A stretch of 30,329 nt of DNA from a virus (taxonomy: Duplodnaviria > Heunggongvirae > Uroviricota > Caudoviricetes), in the IMG/VR virus record IMGVR_UViG_3300017766_003306, positions 69,587-99,915 of that record. The stretch is one strand, 5' to 3'. How positions within the stretch are numbered: position 1 is the stretch's first letter; each line of letters opens with the position of its first letter. The position numbers and the translations under genes were made by a program. Shown here in pieces: positions 1-8,163 of this stretch. Under the pieces are notes generated by a model, which saw only the letters and a list, made by a program, of their open reading frames with translations, was not told the DNA's origin and ran no database searches.

Positions 1-2
1 TT

Positions 3-713
3 ATTTCATTTTGGGTTACTCAGAATGGTAAGCGGGTTCGTGTCGATAAACATAATAAATGCACTATGCTGTTTATCAATCAAGTGAGAGATCAGATAGG
101 CTCTCACTTGCCTGTAAAAGTTCTCCCTAATGGTAAGCAACAGGCGTTTATTGCTTCTGATATTCTCATGTTCAGCCCAAAATCTACGAACAAAAAACTC
201 ATTACAGACCCCCATACAGGGATGGAGATTGTAGAATACTCTGAACACGTCATTAAGTTTAACAAGAATAGGGAGGGTGGATACCCTCAAGAGGTTCCTT
301 TCATCATTAAATCTTTAGTAGATCCTGACGAAGCACATCCCCTTAAATCTAACATACACGCCCTAGTTCAATTATGCAAAGTTATGAAAGAATACTCTTT
401 TTTGTCTGTTACGTCTGATGGGACAGTAAAAATATCGGGGTGGGATGTGAACTTCGGTAGTTGGGATACGTTTATCGAAAACTTAAAGAGTGATGAAGAC
501 TTAGTAGATTATTGCAGTAGTCTGATCATCATGGTAGACAGAATGCGAGCAGGTAAAACACCTATCCCCCCTGATGGATACTTAAGATGCGTTACTTCGG
601 GAACAGCCCCTGAGTTCGTAAAAGAGACTGTTAATAGGCTTGGCGTTATGCGAGCAAGTAGTAACGCAATCAAGCGTAGAGACAACGGACTTAGAAAAGA
701 GTTAGGGTACTAA
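3..713 (+). CDS. recA: RecA/UvsX-like recombinase, C-terminal part (5' truncated by the window edge)
   Basis: The frame is open from base 3, upstream of the ATG at 66. LFINQVRDQIG...GKQQAFIASDIL...KFNKNR parallels RecA IFINQIRMKIG...GGNALKFYASVRL...VVKNK. Walker motifs lie outside the window. Confidence 0.75.
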   Translation: MSFWVTQNGKRVRVDKHNKCTMLFINQVRDQIGSHLPVKVLPNGKQQAFIASDILMFSPKSTNKKLITDPHTGMEIVEYSEHVIKFNKNREGGYPQEVPFIIKSLVDPDEAHPLKSNIHALVQLCKVMKEYSFLSVTSDGTVKISGWDVNFGSWDTFIENLKSDEDLVDYCSSLIIMVDRMRAGKTPIPPDGYLRCVTSGTAPEFVKETVNRLGVMRASSNAIKRRDNGLRKELGY

Positions 714-714
714 G

Positions 715-1095
715 ATGGAGTTCAAGAACGGGAAAAAGTACAAAAACTTAGACCCTACAAAAAGATACTCTAAAGAGCAAGAGAAATCTATCGCTAAAGA
801 GACTCTCGGCAAAACTACGAGACGTAGCGGTGCAGGGATATTCGAGAAGGGAGATGTCATTGCTGAGAAATGGCACATAGAAGCTAAAGCGACTAAGCAT
901 GATTCATACGCTTTAAAACTAAGCGAGTGGTCTAAAGTTCAGAGACAAGCTATAGCCCACAGTAAGATTCCTTCTATGGTCGTAGATTTTATGTCTGACA
1001 CGGGTACAGGTTATGATGATAGGGTAGTCTTGATTGATTACCCATCATTTATACGATTGATAGAATTAGTAAACCAAGAAAGTCGAGAGACGTAA
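715..1095 (+). CDS. PD-(D/E)xK nuclease, Hjc-like Holliday junction resolvase
   Basis: 126 aa with E...SGAG..EKGDV....HIEAKAT, the layout typical of phage Hjc-like resolvases. Directly follows the RecA-like gene. Confidence 0.7.
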   Translation: MEFKNGKKYKNLDPTKRYSKEQEKSIAKETLGKTTRRSGAGIFEKGDVIAEKWHIEAKATKHDSYALKLSEWSKVQRQAIAHSKIPSMVVDFMSDTGTGYDDRVVLIDYPSFIRLIELVNQESRET

Positions 1096-1098
1096 ATA

Positions 1099-2205
1099 AT
1101 GAGCGATATTTTAAACAGACTATTGAAAAAAGGTATGGTCACTGGGGCTATTAGTAGATCTCAGTATGCAACAGTTCAAAAAGATCTCAAGTCAAATGAC
1201 TTTTCAAGCTCTATAAACACTTCCGCTGAGAATACCCTTATCAATGCTATATGCTCAGGTGGAAGAACAGTAGATGTAGACGACAGAGCTGTAAGCCCTA
1301 AAGTCCACGTCTCTTCTGCTATAAAAAGTGAGTATTGCTTTTTAAAGCATCGAAAGAATGTAGAGTTAGGGATTAACGCTAGTAAGGAAGATCTACTTTC
1401 TAAGTTCAGAAAATCAGTAGAGTTTAGCACACACTTAGTTTGGAGTATGGGAAGACTATGTGAAGACTCTATTAGATCTTCTATATTAACATCAGACAAA
1501 GGTAGTCATGTTTTAGGTAAATACTCGTGCAGATGCGGAGCTTCTAGCTATGTTGGGGACTATGATAGATCTCACGATTCTTGCTTGTTATGTAATACTA
1601 AAGTCGATAAATACTTAGAGCTACCTATAGAAGTTGGGGCAATATCGGGGAGTCCTGACATTATAATGCGTCTCCCTACTTATTCTGATTCGGGTAACTC
1701 TGTAGAGTGGAAGTATACGGTCGTAGAAATTAAAAGTCAAAACGCTAAAGATTTTGATGCAAACACTCCCCCAACCTTAGACAATAAATTACAAGTAATG
1801 ACGTACTTGTATTTATTAAGATATTTAAGAGATCTAAAGAAAGACGAAGACTTTTACGGTATCCCATTCTCTGAGTTCAACTTAGATACTGCTATCGTTC
1901 TACAGATTAGTAAGGGGTATAGGTTTAAGTCTACAGAAACTTTGAGATCTACTCAAGTTTCAGACAAAGACTTGACAGATCACACTAGACTAAATACAGC
2001 AGAAGTGATCATCAAATTAAGCTCTATGGATTCTATATTAGATTATGACAGTAAGCTAGGCGTTGCCCATAAAGTAGATAACTCTAGTGGGGACGTGACG
2101 TATAGTCCCGATCACCCTGCTTGCTTAGGATGTTTACATATAGATACTTGCTCCGCAATTACAAGCATTATAGAGTCAAACCTTCTAGGGGATATGGTGG
2201 TATAA
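1099..2205 (+). CDS. Cas4/RecB-like PD-(D/E)xK exonuclease with probable 4Fe-4S cluster and a Cys-rich insert
   Basis: SGSPDII (motif II), VVEIKS (motif III), LQVMTY (QxxxY). One N-terminal Cys (EYCF) plus C-terminal CLGCLHIDTC (Cx2Cx5C). Additional CRC...CLLC. Confidence 0.75.
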   Translation: MSDILNRLLKKGMVTGAISRSQYATVQKDLKSNDFSSSINTSAENTLINAICSGGRTVDVDDRAVSPKVHVSSAIKSEYCFLKHRKNVELGINASKEDLLSKFRKSVEFSTHLVWSMGRLCEDSIRSSILTSDKGSHVLGKYSCRCGASSYVGDYDRSHDSCLLCNTKVDKYLELPIEVGAISGSPDIIMRLPTYSDSGNSVEWKYTVVEIKSQNAKDFDANTPPTLDNKLQVMTYLYLLRYLRDLKKDEDFYGIPFSEFNLDTAIVLQISKGYRFKSTETLRSTQVSDKDLTDHTRLNTAEVIIKLSSMDSILDYDSKLGVAHKVDNSSGDVTYSPDHPACLGCLHIDTCSAITSIIESNLLGDMVV

Positions 2206-2206
2206 T
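2198..2206 (+). promoter_or_regulatory. Extended -10 promoter (TGGTATAAT) for the two + strand morphogenesis genes
   Basis: TGnTATAAT overlapping the stop of the nuclease gene, 26 nt before the ATG at 2233. The same GTGGTATAAT lies upstream of the spike gene on the - strand. Confidence 0.55.
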
Positions 2207-2232
2207 TGTAGAGACTCTTAAAGGATCTACAA

Positions 2233-2682
2233 ATGAAACTGTCCCCTAATACAGACGTATCAGAAACGTGTAACAATATGATGACGGTGCTAGAAGAGTA
2301 TTCTGTAGCATCTGTTATGTTGAGGCATACGTTGTTAGAGGAGATGGGGACACTTGCGGTCTTGCGTATGCGTGAGCGTATGCTTCAACCTAAAACAGGG
2401 GAGACTACCCCTTACTTAGGCGGAGATCATACAGCGTCAGCTATTGGGGAAGCTCCCTCAGTAAAATCGGGGGAGTTGTATAAAAATACTCAGTATGACT
2501 TAGGGACTGAAGGCTACTCTGTAGACGTAGGCTATGGTGCAGAGACTCCTTACGGTAAGTTTTTAGAATATGGGACTGAGTTCATGGACTTTAGACCAAA
2601 CATCTATTATATCGGTCAAGACGTAGCTCCCTTAATTCCTCAGCATATCTATATGTTAAGGGCTAGATTTAACATACACTAA
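2233..2682 (+). CDS. HK97 gp10-like neck/tail component
   Basis: TASAIGEAPSVKSGELY...VG...PYGKFLEYGTEFMDFRP matches the SAPGExP.V.TG.L / Y...LExGT..M.PRP pattern of this family. Confidence 0.75.
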   Translation: MKLSPNTDVSETCNNMMTVLEEYSVASVMLRHTLLEEMGTLAVLRMRERMLQPKTGETTPYLGGDHTASAIGEAPSVKSGELYKNTQYDLGTEGYSVDVGYGAETPYGKFLEYGTEFMDFRPNIYYIGQDVAPLIPQHIYMLRARFNIH

Positions 2683-2717
2683 AATAAGAACATACAGCAA
2701 CATAGAGAGACTTCAAA

Positions 2718-4061
2718 ATGCTTAATTACACTAAACTACTCACGCACATAAAAAGAACGCTCCCTGCGTTTGTAGACTACTTTACATCGTCTGCGAAGCT
2801 ATTGTCGTTAATCAATGCAAACTCAGTTACTACGATCACACTTTCAGGAATACGAAAAGATCAGAATGCTCTAATTACTTCTATGTTAGAACCTGTCGTA
2901 TATACTGATAACACCCCTCTATCTATACAAGTTATCCCAAACTACAGATACTTAACTTCTCAATACTTAGATCACTCTGCTTACCCAAACTCAGAGGAAT
3001 ACTACAGTACAACTACAGCAATACAGCTTAACTTCGATCCGTCACTCCCCGCGTATCAAAAGCATCAGCTAAGCCCATTCTTCGCCCCGTCACACAAAGT
3101 TAAACTCTCTGGGGTTATTGGGTATAATAATACGGTATTAGGCATACTTAACGATACGCACATACTCGTAGAATCAACTTCAAACAGCATTACTCTCTTA
3201 CCTAATCCGTCAAAAAGCATAAATACATTCTCAGGACTTACGTCTAGTGCGAGTAGCTTACTGAGCGGTACGGGTCTATCTAGTTCTCATGCTCATGGAA
3301 TAAATCAAGCTATACGGATAACGGATTCAGGCATACTGAAGCTATCCCCTGTAGTAGATAATTCTCTACCTGCTGACACCTACAAATATACAATCACAAA
3401 CTCAAAACTCACTAACCCCCTAACAGACACTTACGTTAGAGATGTATTTTTAGGATCATCCATTAGATTACTCCCTGACGATAATTTCTTGCAGAGAATG
3501 CTAGAAGAGAAAGATCAATCAGGAAATGCAGCAAGCCCCCCTAAATTATTTATAGTTCCAAACAGTGTAAAGAGCTTGTTAGGTAAAAACTCTGATCCCC
3601 AAATAAATACACCCGCAAACTTGACTGGGGGACATAGAAATGAGGCAAAGCTAAAAACTTCTTTCAACCTCGTAGCGGTGTTCCCAAGCTCCTCAGAGTA
3701 CAATAATGAACTCAGCTTATCAGTATGCTACAGTACTTTAGCTTTAGCAATCTTAAGAACTCTTCAAGGGTATAGAGAAGAGTTTTATTTAGACCAGTCT
3801 ACGGATAGTGGGATACAAACTATTGCAGGATGTAGTCTTGAATCCCACAGTACCCTGACGGCAAACAGGGCTTTTTATGCTCACGTCTATACGTTCTCGA
3901 TGTCTCATAGAATATATGGGGAAGCTACAGCAGATAATGATGTTGCGTTGCACTCTATGGAGGGTGTCTCTACAGTATTCAGACGTGCAGAGTTTGAGTT
4001 CTTGAGCAAAGATACGCAACAGCAGTATGGAAACATTGAGATGGGCATTGATATTGAGTAG
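2718..4061 (+). CDS. Putative tail completion/terminator protein with beta-rich inserted domains
   Basis: Follows the gp10-like gene. Ser/Thr-rich beta segments include HQL...VKLSGVIGYNN, similar to the insert in the baseplate J-like protein. Function inferred from position and recalled family resemblance. Confidence 0.45.
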   Translation: MLNYTKLLTHIKRTLPAFVDYFTSSAKLLSLINANSVTTITLSGIRKDQNALITSMLEPVVYTDNTPLSIQVIPNYRYLTSQYLDHSAYPNSEEYYSTTTAIQLNFDPSLPAYQKHQLSPFFAPSHKVKLSGVIGYNNTVLGILNDTHILVESTSNSITLLPNPSKSINTFSGLTSSASSLLSGTGLSSSHAHGINQAIRITDSGILKLSPVVDNSLPADTYKYTITNSKLTNPLTDTYVRDVFLGSSIRLLPDDNFLQRMLEEKDQSGNAASPPKLFIVPNSVKSLLGKNSDPQINTPANLTGGHRNEAKLKTSFNLVAVFPSSSEYNNELSLSVCYSTLALAILRTLQGYREEFYLDQSTDSGIQTIAGCSLESHSTLTANRAFYAHVYTFSMSHRIYGEATADNDVALHSMEGVSTVFRRAEFEFLSKDTQQQYGNIEMGIDIE

Positions 4062-4096
4062 TTACTAGACTATTTGATACAGATACTTAAAAATGC

Positions 4097-4125
4097 TTGA
4101 CAATTAGAACATAGTAATCTATAAT
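4097..4125 (+). promoter_or_regulatory. Perfect sigma70 consensus promoter (early)
   Basis: TTGACA (4097-4102), 17-nt spacer, TATAAT (4120-4125), in a 100-nt intergenic gap. Confidence 0.9.
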
Positions 4126-4163
4126 AACAAAGAAGCACACAAAACAAAAGAAAGCGAGACTTT

Positions 4164-4361
4164 ATGAGTTACTCTATTTCAGCCGTACTTGAGAGTGTTT
4201 ACTTGTCCCTTACTCCAACATTAGCTACAAACAGATCTAAGAGAACTTTACCCTCTGTAGCTAAAACTAACCTAAAAGCTACTACGCAGAAGGTTTTAGG
4301 GAGTGTTCCAAAACTTTTACACAATTTAGAATCTGATATATACGAAAAAAAAGGAGTTTAA
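4164..4361 (+). CDS. Small hypothetical protein (65 aa)
   Basis: First ORF after the consensus promoter. Its 3' end holds the AAGGAG ribosome-binding site of the next gene. Confidence 0.5.
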   Translation: MSYSISAVLESVYLSLTPTLATNRSKRTLPSVAKTNLKATTQKVLGSVPKLLHNLESDIYEKKGV

Positions 4362-4365
4362 GCTT

Positions 4366-4701
4366 ATGCCCCAAGATATTGGCGTTGCTGTACTTAATCT
4401 ATTATTAGAGTCGTACATAGAACATTATACGACGATAGAAAAAGCGTATTATGAATGCTCTATGTGGAGGTCTATTAGATCTAAAGCTAGAAACATAAAC
4501 TTGATAGATAAATTATCTAACACGTTCATTAGCTTGGATGCAATGAATAAAACGCTACAAGAGCTACAAGAGACGTGGCTAGACGATTCTGAGTATCCCC
4601 CTGAGACTAGCGTAGAGCGTAAAGCTTACGAAGACTTTTTAAGTGCTAGAAACTCATTGACAGAGCGAATCACGTTCTTAGAGAAGTGCTACGCACTTTA
4701 A
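4366..4701 (+). CDS. Hypothetical protein (111 aa, helical)
   Basis: AAGGAG upstream, operon context. No recognised motif. Confidence 0.7.
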   Translation: MPQDIGVAVLNLLLESYIEHYTTIEKAYYECSMWRSIRSKARNINLIDKLSNTFISLDAMNKTLQELQETWLDDSEYPPETSVERKAYEDFLSARNSLTERITFLEKCYAL

Positions 4702-4748
4702 TCCTTTTTAAATTATTTGTAAATCACTAAAACAAGGAGAATGCAAGT

Positions 4749-5345
4749 ATGCAAGCAAGAAACAGTATGGGATTTTTTGAAGAACCTAATAGACAACCAC
4801 ACCCAACACAAATCCCTCAAAGACATCGGGGTGATCAACAGTATCCCGCTAATGAATACTATGATCATCCGAATCAAAATACTCAAACAACCGTAAACAG
4901 AGTAAGCTTTAAAGCCCACACGTTTCCTGTAATCCTTAAGACGTTTTTACTCACTGTAGTAATTATTGGGGGAGGCGGACTTACTTATGCTCTGACTACT
5001 TACCCACAACTAAATCCACTAAATCCCAAGCCTGCACCTGTCCCAAAATCTGAAGAGTACATCAAGCATGAAGAACACGCTAATGATTGCTTTGCATTTT
5101 ATCAAAAAAACTACGAAGATATTAAGTCAGGCGATAATGTTGCTGTAAATGCAGGGGTATCTTCTTGTTCTGATATTTTCACAGTGACTAGATCAGGGGG
5201 CGACAGTAAAAGCGTGGGAAAGTCGAGTGGCGAAGTAGCGAAGGACGAGTTGTCGGGGGTATCACTCCCCCAACCCCCAAACAACCTACAAAAGTCGTCA
5301 GAGTCAGTAACGGGGCAAGTAGTAGACCCGCTCCCTCACGAGTAA
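4749..5345 (+). CDS. Single-pass membrane protein (198 aa); possible N-terminal part of a frameshift fusion to the transglycosylase
   Basis: AAGGAG upstream. Q/P/N-rich N-terminus, hydrophobic helix VILKTFLLTVVIIGGGGLTYALTT, then a small domain with two Cys. Confidence 0.75.
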   Translation: MQARNSMGFFEEPNRQPHPTQIPQRHRGDQQYPANEYYDHPNQNTQTTVNRVSFKAHTFPVILKTFLLTVVIIGGGGLTYALTTYPQLNPLNPKPAPVPKSEEYIKHEEHANDCFAFYQKNYEDIKSGDNVAVNAGVSSCSDIFTVTRSGGDSKSVGKSSGEVAKDELSGVSLPQPPNNLQKSSESVTGQVVDPLPHE

Positions 5346-6004
5346 CGACTAAACTAGCCCCTATCCCTAAACAATTAGTCTCTTCTAAGCCTGTAGCTAA
5401 GTCTGTCACAGCCCTTAAGAAATCTAAAAGCAGTGTGACAGTCGCTTCTTCTAACTCTACAGCATCATTTTATAGAAAAAGTGTAGGGTTCAGAGAGTTT
5501 GAGTATAGACTTACTAAAAGCTTGACACCTATACACGGAGAAGTAAAAGGGAAAAAACGAGCTTACGACTTATCTGTTTTTGCTTATAAAAAAATGAAGA
5601 TACAACAAGACTTAGGGCGTAAGATTAGCTTAGCTCAGCTCGCTTCTATGATCACTGTACAAGAGAATGCTACTTGGCAACCTAACATCGTAGGGTTCAG
5701 TGGTGATCTAGGTCTTTGTCAAATCAATCATCACGGAAAAAGCAGAGCAGAAGCGTATAGGCTTGTTTGGGATGTAGAGCATAACTTAGATGTAGCTATT
5801 ATATTACTCGGTGAAAAATATGAGACTGCTAAGTGGCTATTGAAGAATAACAAGTACACTTACGGTATAAAGAACACTCAGAAACTATCTACAATGCTCT
5901 ACAACGGGTATCATAAGACAGGGGCTAAATATGCTGATCATGTTTGGACTCAGAAGAACTACGGCTACTTAGCTTTAACAAACGGGAAAGGGGAGTGGTC
6001 TTAA
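5210..6004 (+). CDS. SLT-family lytic transglycosylase; frame open from 5210, first conventional start is GTG at 5435
   Basis: ITVQENATW (catalytic Glu), GDLGLCQIN (GLxQ), WDVEHNLDVA, MLYNG (YN). Preceded by a 75-codon P/K/S-rich open stretch with no ATG/GTG/TTG. No clear SD before 5435. Confidence 0.8.
   Translation, partial: KRGKVEWRSSEGRVVGGITPPTPKQPTKVVRVSNGASSRPAPSRVTTKLAPIPKQLVSSKPVAKSVTALKKSKSSVTVASSNSTASFYRKSVGFREFEYRLTKSLTPIHGEVKGKKRAYDLSVFAYKKMKIQQDLGRKISLAQLASMITVQENATWQPNIVGFSGDLGLCQINHHGKSRAEAYRLVWDVEHNLDVAIILLGEKYETAKWLLKNNKYTYGIKNTQKLSTMLYNGYHKTGAKYADHVWTQKNYGYLALTNGKGEWS
5216..5222 (+). other. Candidate -1 ribosomal frameshift heptamer G GGA AAG
   Basis: In-frame codons are GTG GGA AAG. 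The -1 frame opens at 5210, after TAA at 5207-5209, and runs without a stop to 6004. Confidence 0.5.
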
Positions 6005-6366
6005 TGTCTTTATTCAGTAAAGATAAAGTTGATCCTGAAGTTATAGATAATCATAGACGATTACTAATATCTCGTAGGCTCAATGCTTATATCAAAAAAA
6101 TGATGAAAGATATGGAGTCTATCGTTAATTGGCTAGTTTTATACGACGATATAAAAACTACTACGTCTACCCCTGTTCAACAATTCGGGACTAGCAAAGA
6201 GTCTTTAAGTACGATATTAGACGCTATAGAGCATACAGATAGACGATTAGTTCGGGTAAAAATAATTTACTACCCTGAAAACTTTGGTGTGTATAAACTC
6301 ACATTTGACGCTACCGTCGAGGCGTTATGTGCTGATGATTTAGTATTCGACGAAAATAAGGAGTAG
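6004..6366 (+). CDS. Hypothetical protein (120 aa)
   Basis: Start reassigned from 5944 to ATG 6004, which overlaps the upstream stop (TAATG) and has GGGAG upstream. Confidence 0.7.
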   Translation: MSLFSKDKVDPEVIDNHRRLLISRRLNAYIKKMMKDMESIVNWLVLYDDIKTTTSTPVQQFGTSKESLSTILDAIEHTDRRLVRVKIIYYPENFGVYKLTFDATVEALCADDLVFDENKE

Positions 6367-6371
6367 AGTAA

Positions 6372-6737
6372 ATGGTAAGCAATAACAGTATCGAATCTCA
6401 AGCTAATACCCGCTCGGAGTTCCCCAAGTCCCCGCCGTGGTATTCTCGTGTGTGGAATAACTTATTCGGTGAGCAAGGTAGTTTAGAGCGTACGGCTTTA
6501 GAAAACCATATCGAGGATGCTCAATTAGCTTGGGAGTCAGACCCTACAAAAGTCTATGTCATTATATCTATTGATCGTTGGGGAAAATTAGATGCTCGTA
6601 CTCGAAGCTGTCATGTAGTAGAGCCTGAGCAAGTCGCTTCTTTGACGAGAGTCTATCGTACTGTTGGGGCAGATGTAGCGAATGCGGATGTATCTGAGGT
6701 TTCTACTCTGTACACAAACGCACCAAACAAAGCTTAA
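6372..6737 (+). CDS. Hypothetical protein (121 aa)
   Basis: AAGGAG upstream, operon context. Confidence 0.7.
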   Translation: MVSNNSIESQANTRSEFPKSPPWYSRVWNNLFGEQGSLERTALENHIEDAQLAWESDPTKVYVIISIDRWGKLDARTRSCHVVEPEQVASLTRVYRTVGADVANADVSEVSTLYTNAPNKA

Positions 6738-6819
6738 GCAGTATAGATAGTCAATAAAATGGTAAGATAGTCATTAGGGGGTATCCCCATATTAGTAGTA
6801 TTTTACGGAGAGATCCCCT

Positions 6820-7098
6820 ATGACATCTATTGAGAACAGAGTAAGAGAAACGGAAGAATCAGACGTGTACATCGACACTTTAAAACACCAATTCATTAGA
6901 TTTTCTAACCTAGCCCACGAAGCTAAAAACGCTACAGATTTTGATCTATTCGTGAATACAATACTAGACTCTGTATCAGACGTTTTAGATAATCCCGCAC
7001 AGATTGAGCTATTAGAGACTGTTTGTAAGTCTTTGACGACTAGAGAAGAACTTAAATCCCCTTCTGTAAACGCCCCGTCTGAATCTACTACTATTTAG
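6820..7098 (+). CDS. Hypothetical protein (92 aa)
   Basis: GGAG upstream. No motif recognised. Confidence 0.65.
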   Translation: MTSIENRVRETEESDVYIDTLKHQFIRFSNLAHEAKNATDFDLFVNTILDSVSDVLDNPAQIELLETVCKSLTTREELKSPSVNAPSESTTI

Positions 7099-7128
7099 AT
7101 GCTCTATAGAGATAGGGAATAAACAATA

Positions 7129-7488
7129 ATGAATATAGATTGGGTTAAACATCGTATACTCTTCCGTGAGTTTCTTATCTTAACGTTGTACACGCTCCCA
7201 TCTTTTCTTTTAGATGTGTATAAGATACTGTTAGTCGATCACGCACTCCCCGACTTAACAGAGATTGAGTTTGAAGAGCTTGATTTAGAAACTTTAGATC
7301 CTGTAGAGAGATTTAACAAGCGATCTATGCCTGAAGAATCTGATATTCCTATACATATCACAAACATAAAAGGGGCTTCTACTGAGTATAGCCGAGACTA
7401 TGAGCCTCCTATAGATAACTCTAAAGAAGCTAAACAAGCTAGGAAGTCTATACAAGACGCTCTCAAAAATACGTTTAGGGATTTTTAG
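7129..7488 (+). CDS. Hypothetical protein (119 aa) with hydrophobic N-terminus and acidic middle
   Basis: AGGGA upstream. Last gene of the + block, convergent with the baseplate operon. Confidence 0.65.
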   Translation: MNIDWVKHRILFREFLILTLYTLPSFLLDVYKILLVDHALPDLTEIEFEELDLETLDPVERFNKRSMPEESDIPIHITNIKGASTEYSRDYEPPIDNSKEAKQARKSIQDALKNTFRDF

Positions 7489-7497
7489 TAAATACTC

Positions 7498-8142
7498 TTA
7501 AACATAAACACACCCGACTCTACAAGTTACTGGGACTAAGTGTTCTAGGAAGTCTACTACGTCTAAGTACTCTATATTTTTTCTCAGATCTGCGGGGAAG
7601 TCGTAAGGAAAATCTATAACTGTACCGCTCGTATAGTACCCAATATCGAAAATAACACAAGCTTCATAATTGTCTGAAACGTCAGGGTGTAGGGTATCAA
7701 AAGCTGATTTAAGCCCTGATGATGCGTCATTGTACATATAGGCGGTGACGGGAAGGGCTAGAGCTGTAAGGGCGGTATTTATGTCTGCAATCGTGCGTAT
7801 GTTGTTAAACTCGAATACTGCATATCTAACCCAATTCCATCGAGTGACAACACTGTTAGGAGTTAGTGATAGGTGTTTTGGAAACTTCCTTGAGCGTGTA
7901 TCTAGTCCGATTATACTCTCCCAAACTCCAACATAGTTTTGGTTAGCTGTTCTAAATGGGAGTAAGTTCTTGAGTAAATCTTCAAAAATATCTTCTATTG
8001 TAGAAAATTGTTCAACATACGTTTTTAAGTATGTTGCGTAGTCAGAACGAACGCCCTCTCCTGAGTATAGAGAATCATAAATACCCCCTTCAGGGAAGTA
8101 GGCGTGTAGTTTTTGCTCAGGCGTTTTATTTGTGATTCCCAT
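7498..8142 (-). CDS. Baseplate wedge protein, Mu gp48-like
   Basis: N-terminal LHAYFPEGGIY, WESIIGL motif, and position directly after the J-like gene. Confidence 0.65.
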   Translation of the reverse strand: MGITNKTPEQKLHAYFPEGGIYDSLYSGEGVRSDYATYLKTYVEQFSTIEDIFEDLLKNLLPFRTANQNYVGVWESIIGLDTRSRKFPKHLSLTPNSVVTRWNWVRYAVFEFNNIRTIADINTALTALALPVTAYMYNDASSGLKSAFDTLHPDVSDNYEACVIFDIGYYTSGTVIDFPYDFPADLRKNIEYLDVVDFLEHLVPVTCRVGCVYV

Positions 8143-8163
8143 TGTATAACCTATAGTAATTCA

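Noticed and set aside
1099-2205. Cas4-like gene as evidence of a CRISPR-Cas locus
   Set aside because: No repeat-spacer array and no other cas genes are visible. Solo Cas4-like nucleases are common in phage recombination modules.
4345-4352. A8 tract as a frameshift joining 4164-4361 to the next gene
   Set aside because: The next gene is in the +1 frame and has its own AAGGAG SD formed by this same sequence.
4749-5434. Overlapping frames as an Rz/Rz1 spanin pair
   Set aside because: The second frame has no start codon, signal peptide or lipobox Cys and continues into an SLT domain. The locus is far from the endolysin.
5944-6003. Track start for the 140-aa ORF
   Set aside because: It overlaps the SLT gene by 60 nt. 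ATG 6004 has an SD and a TAATG coupling.
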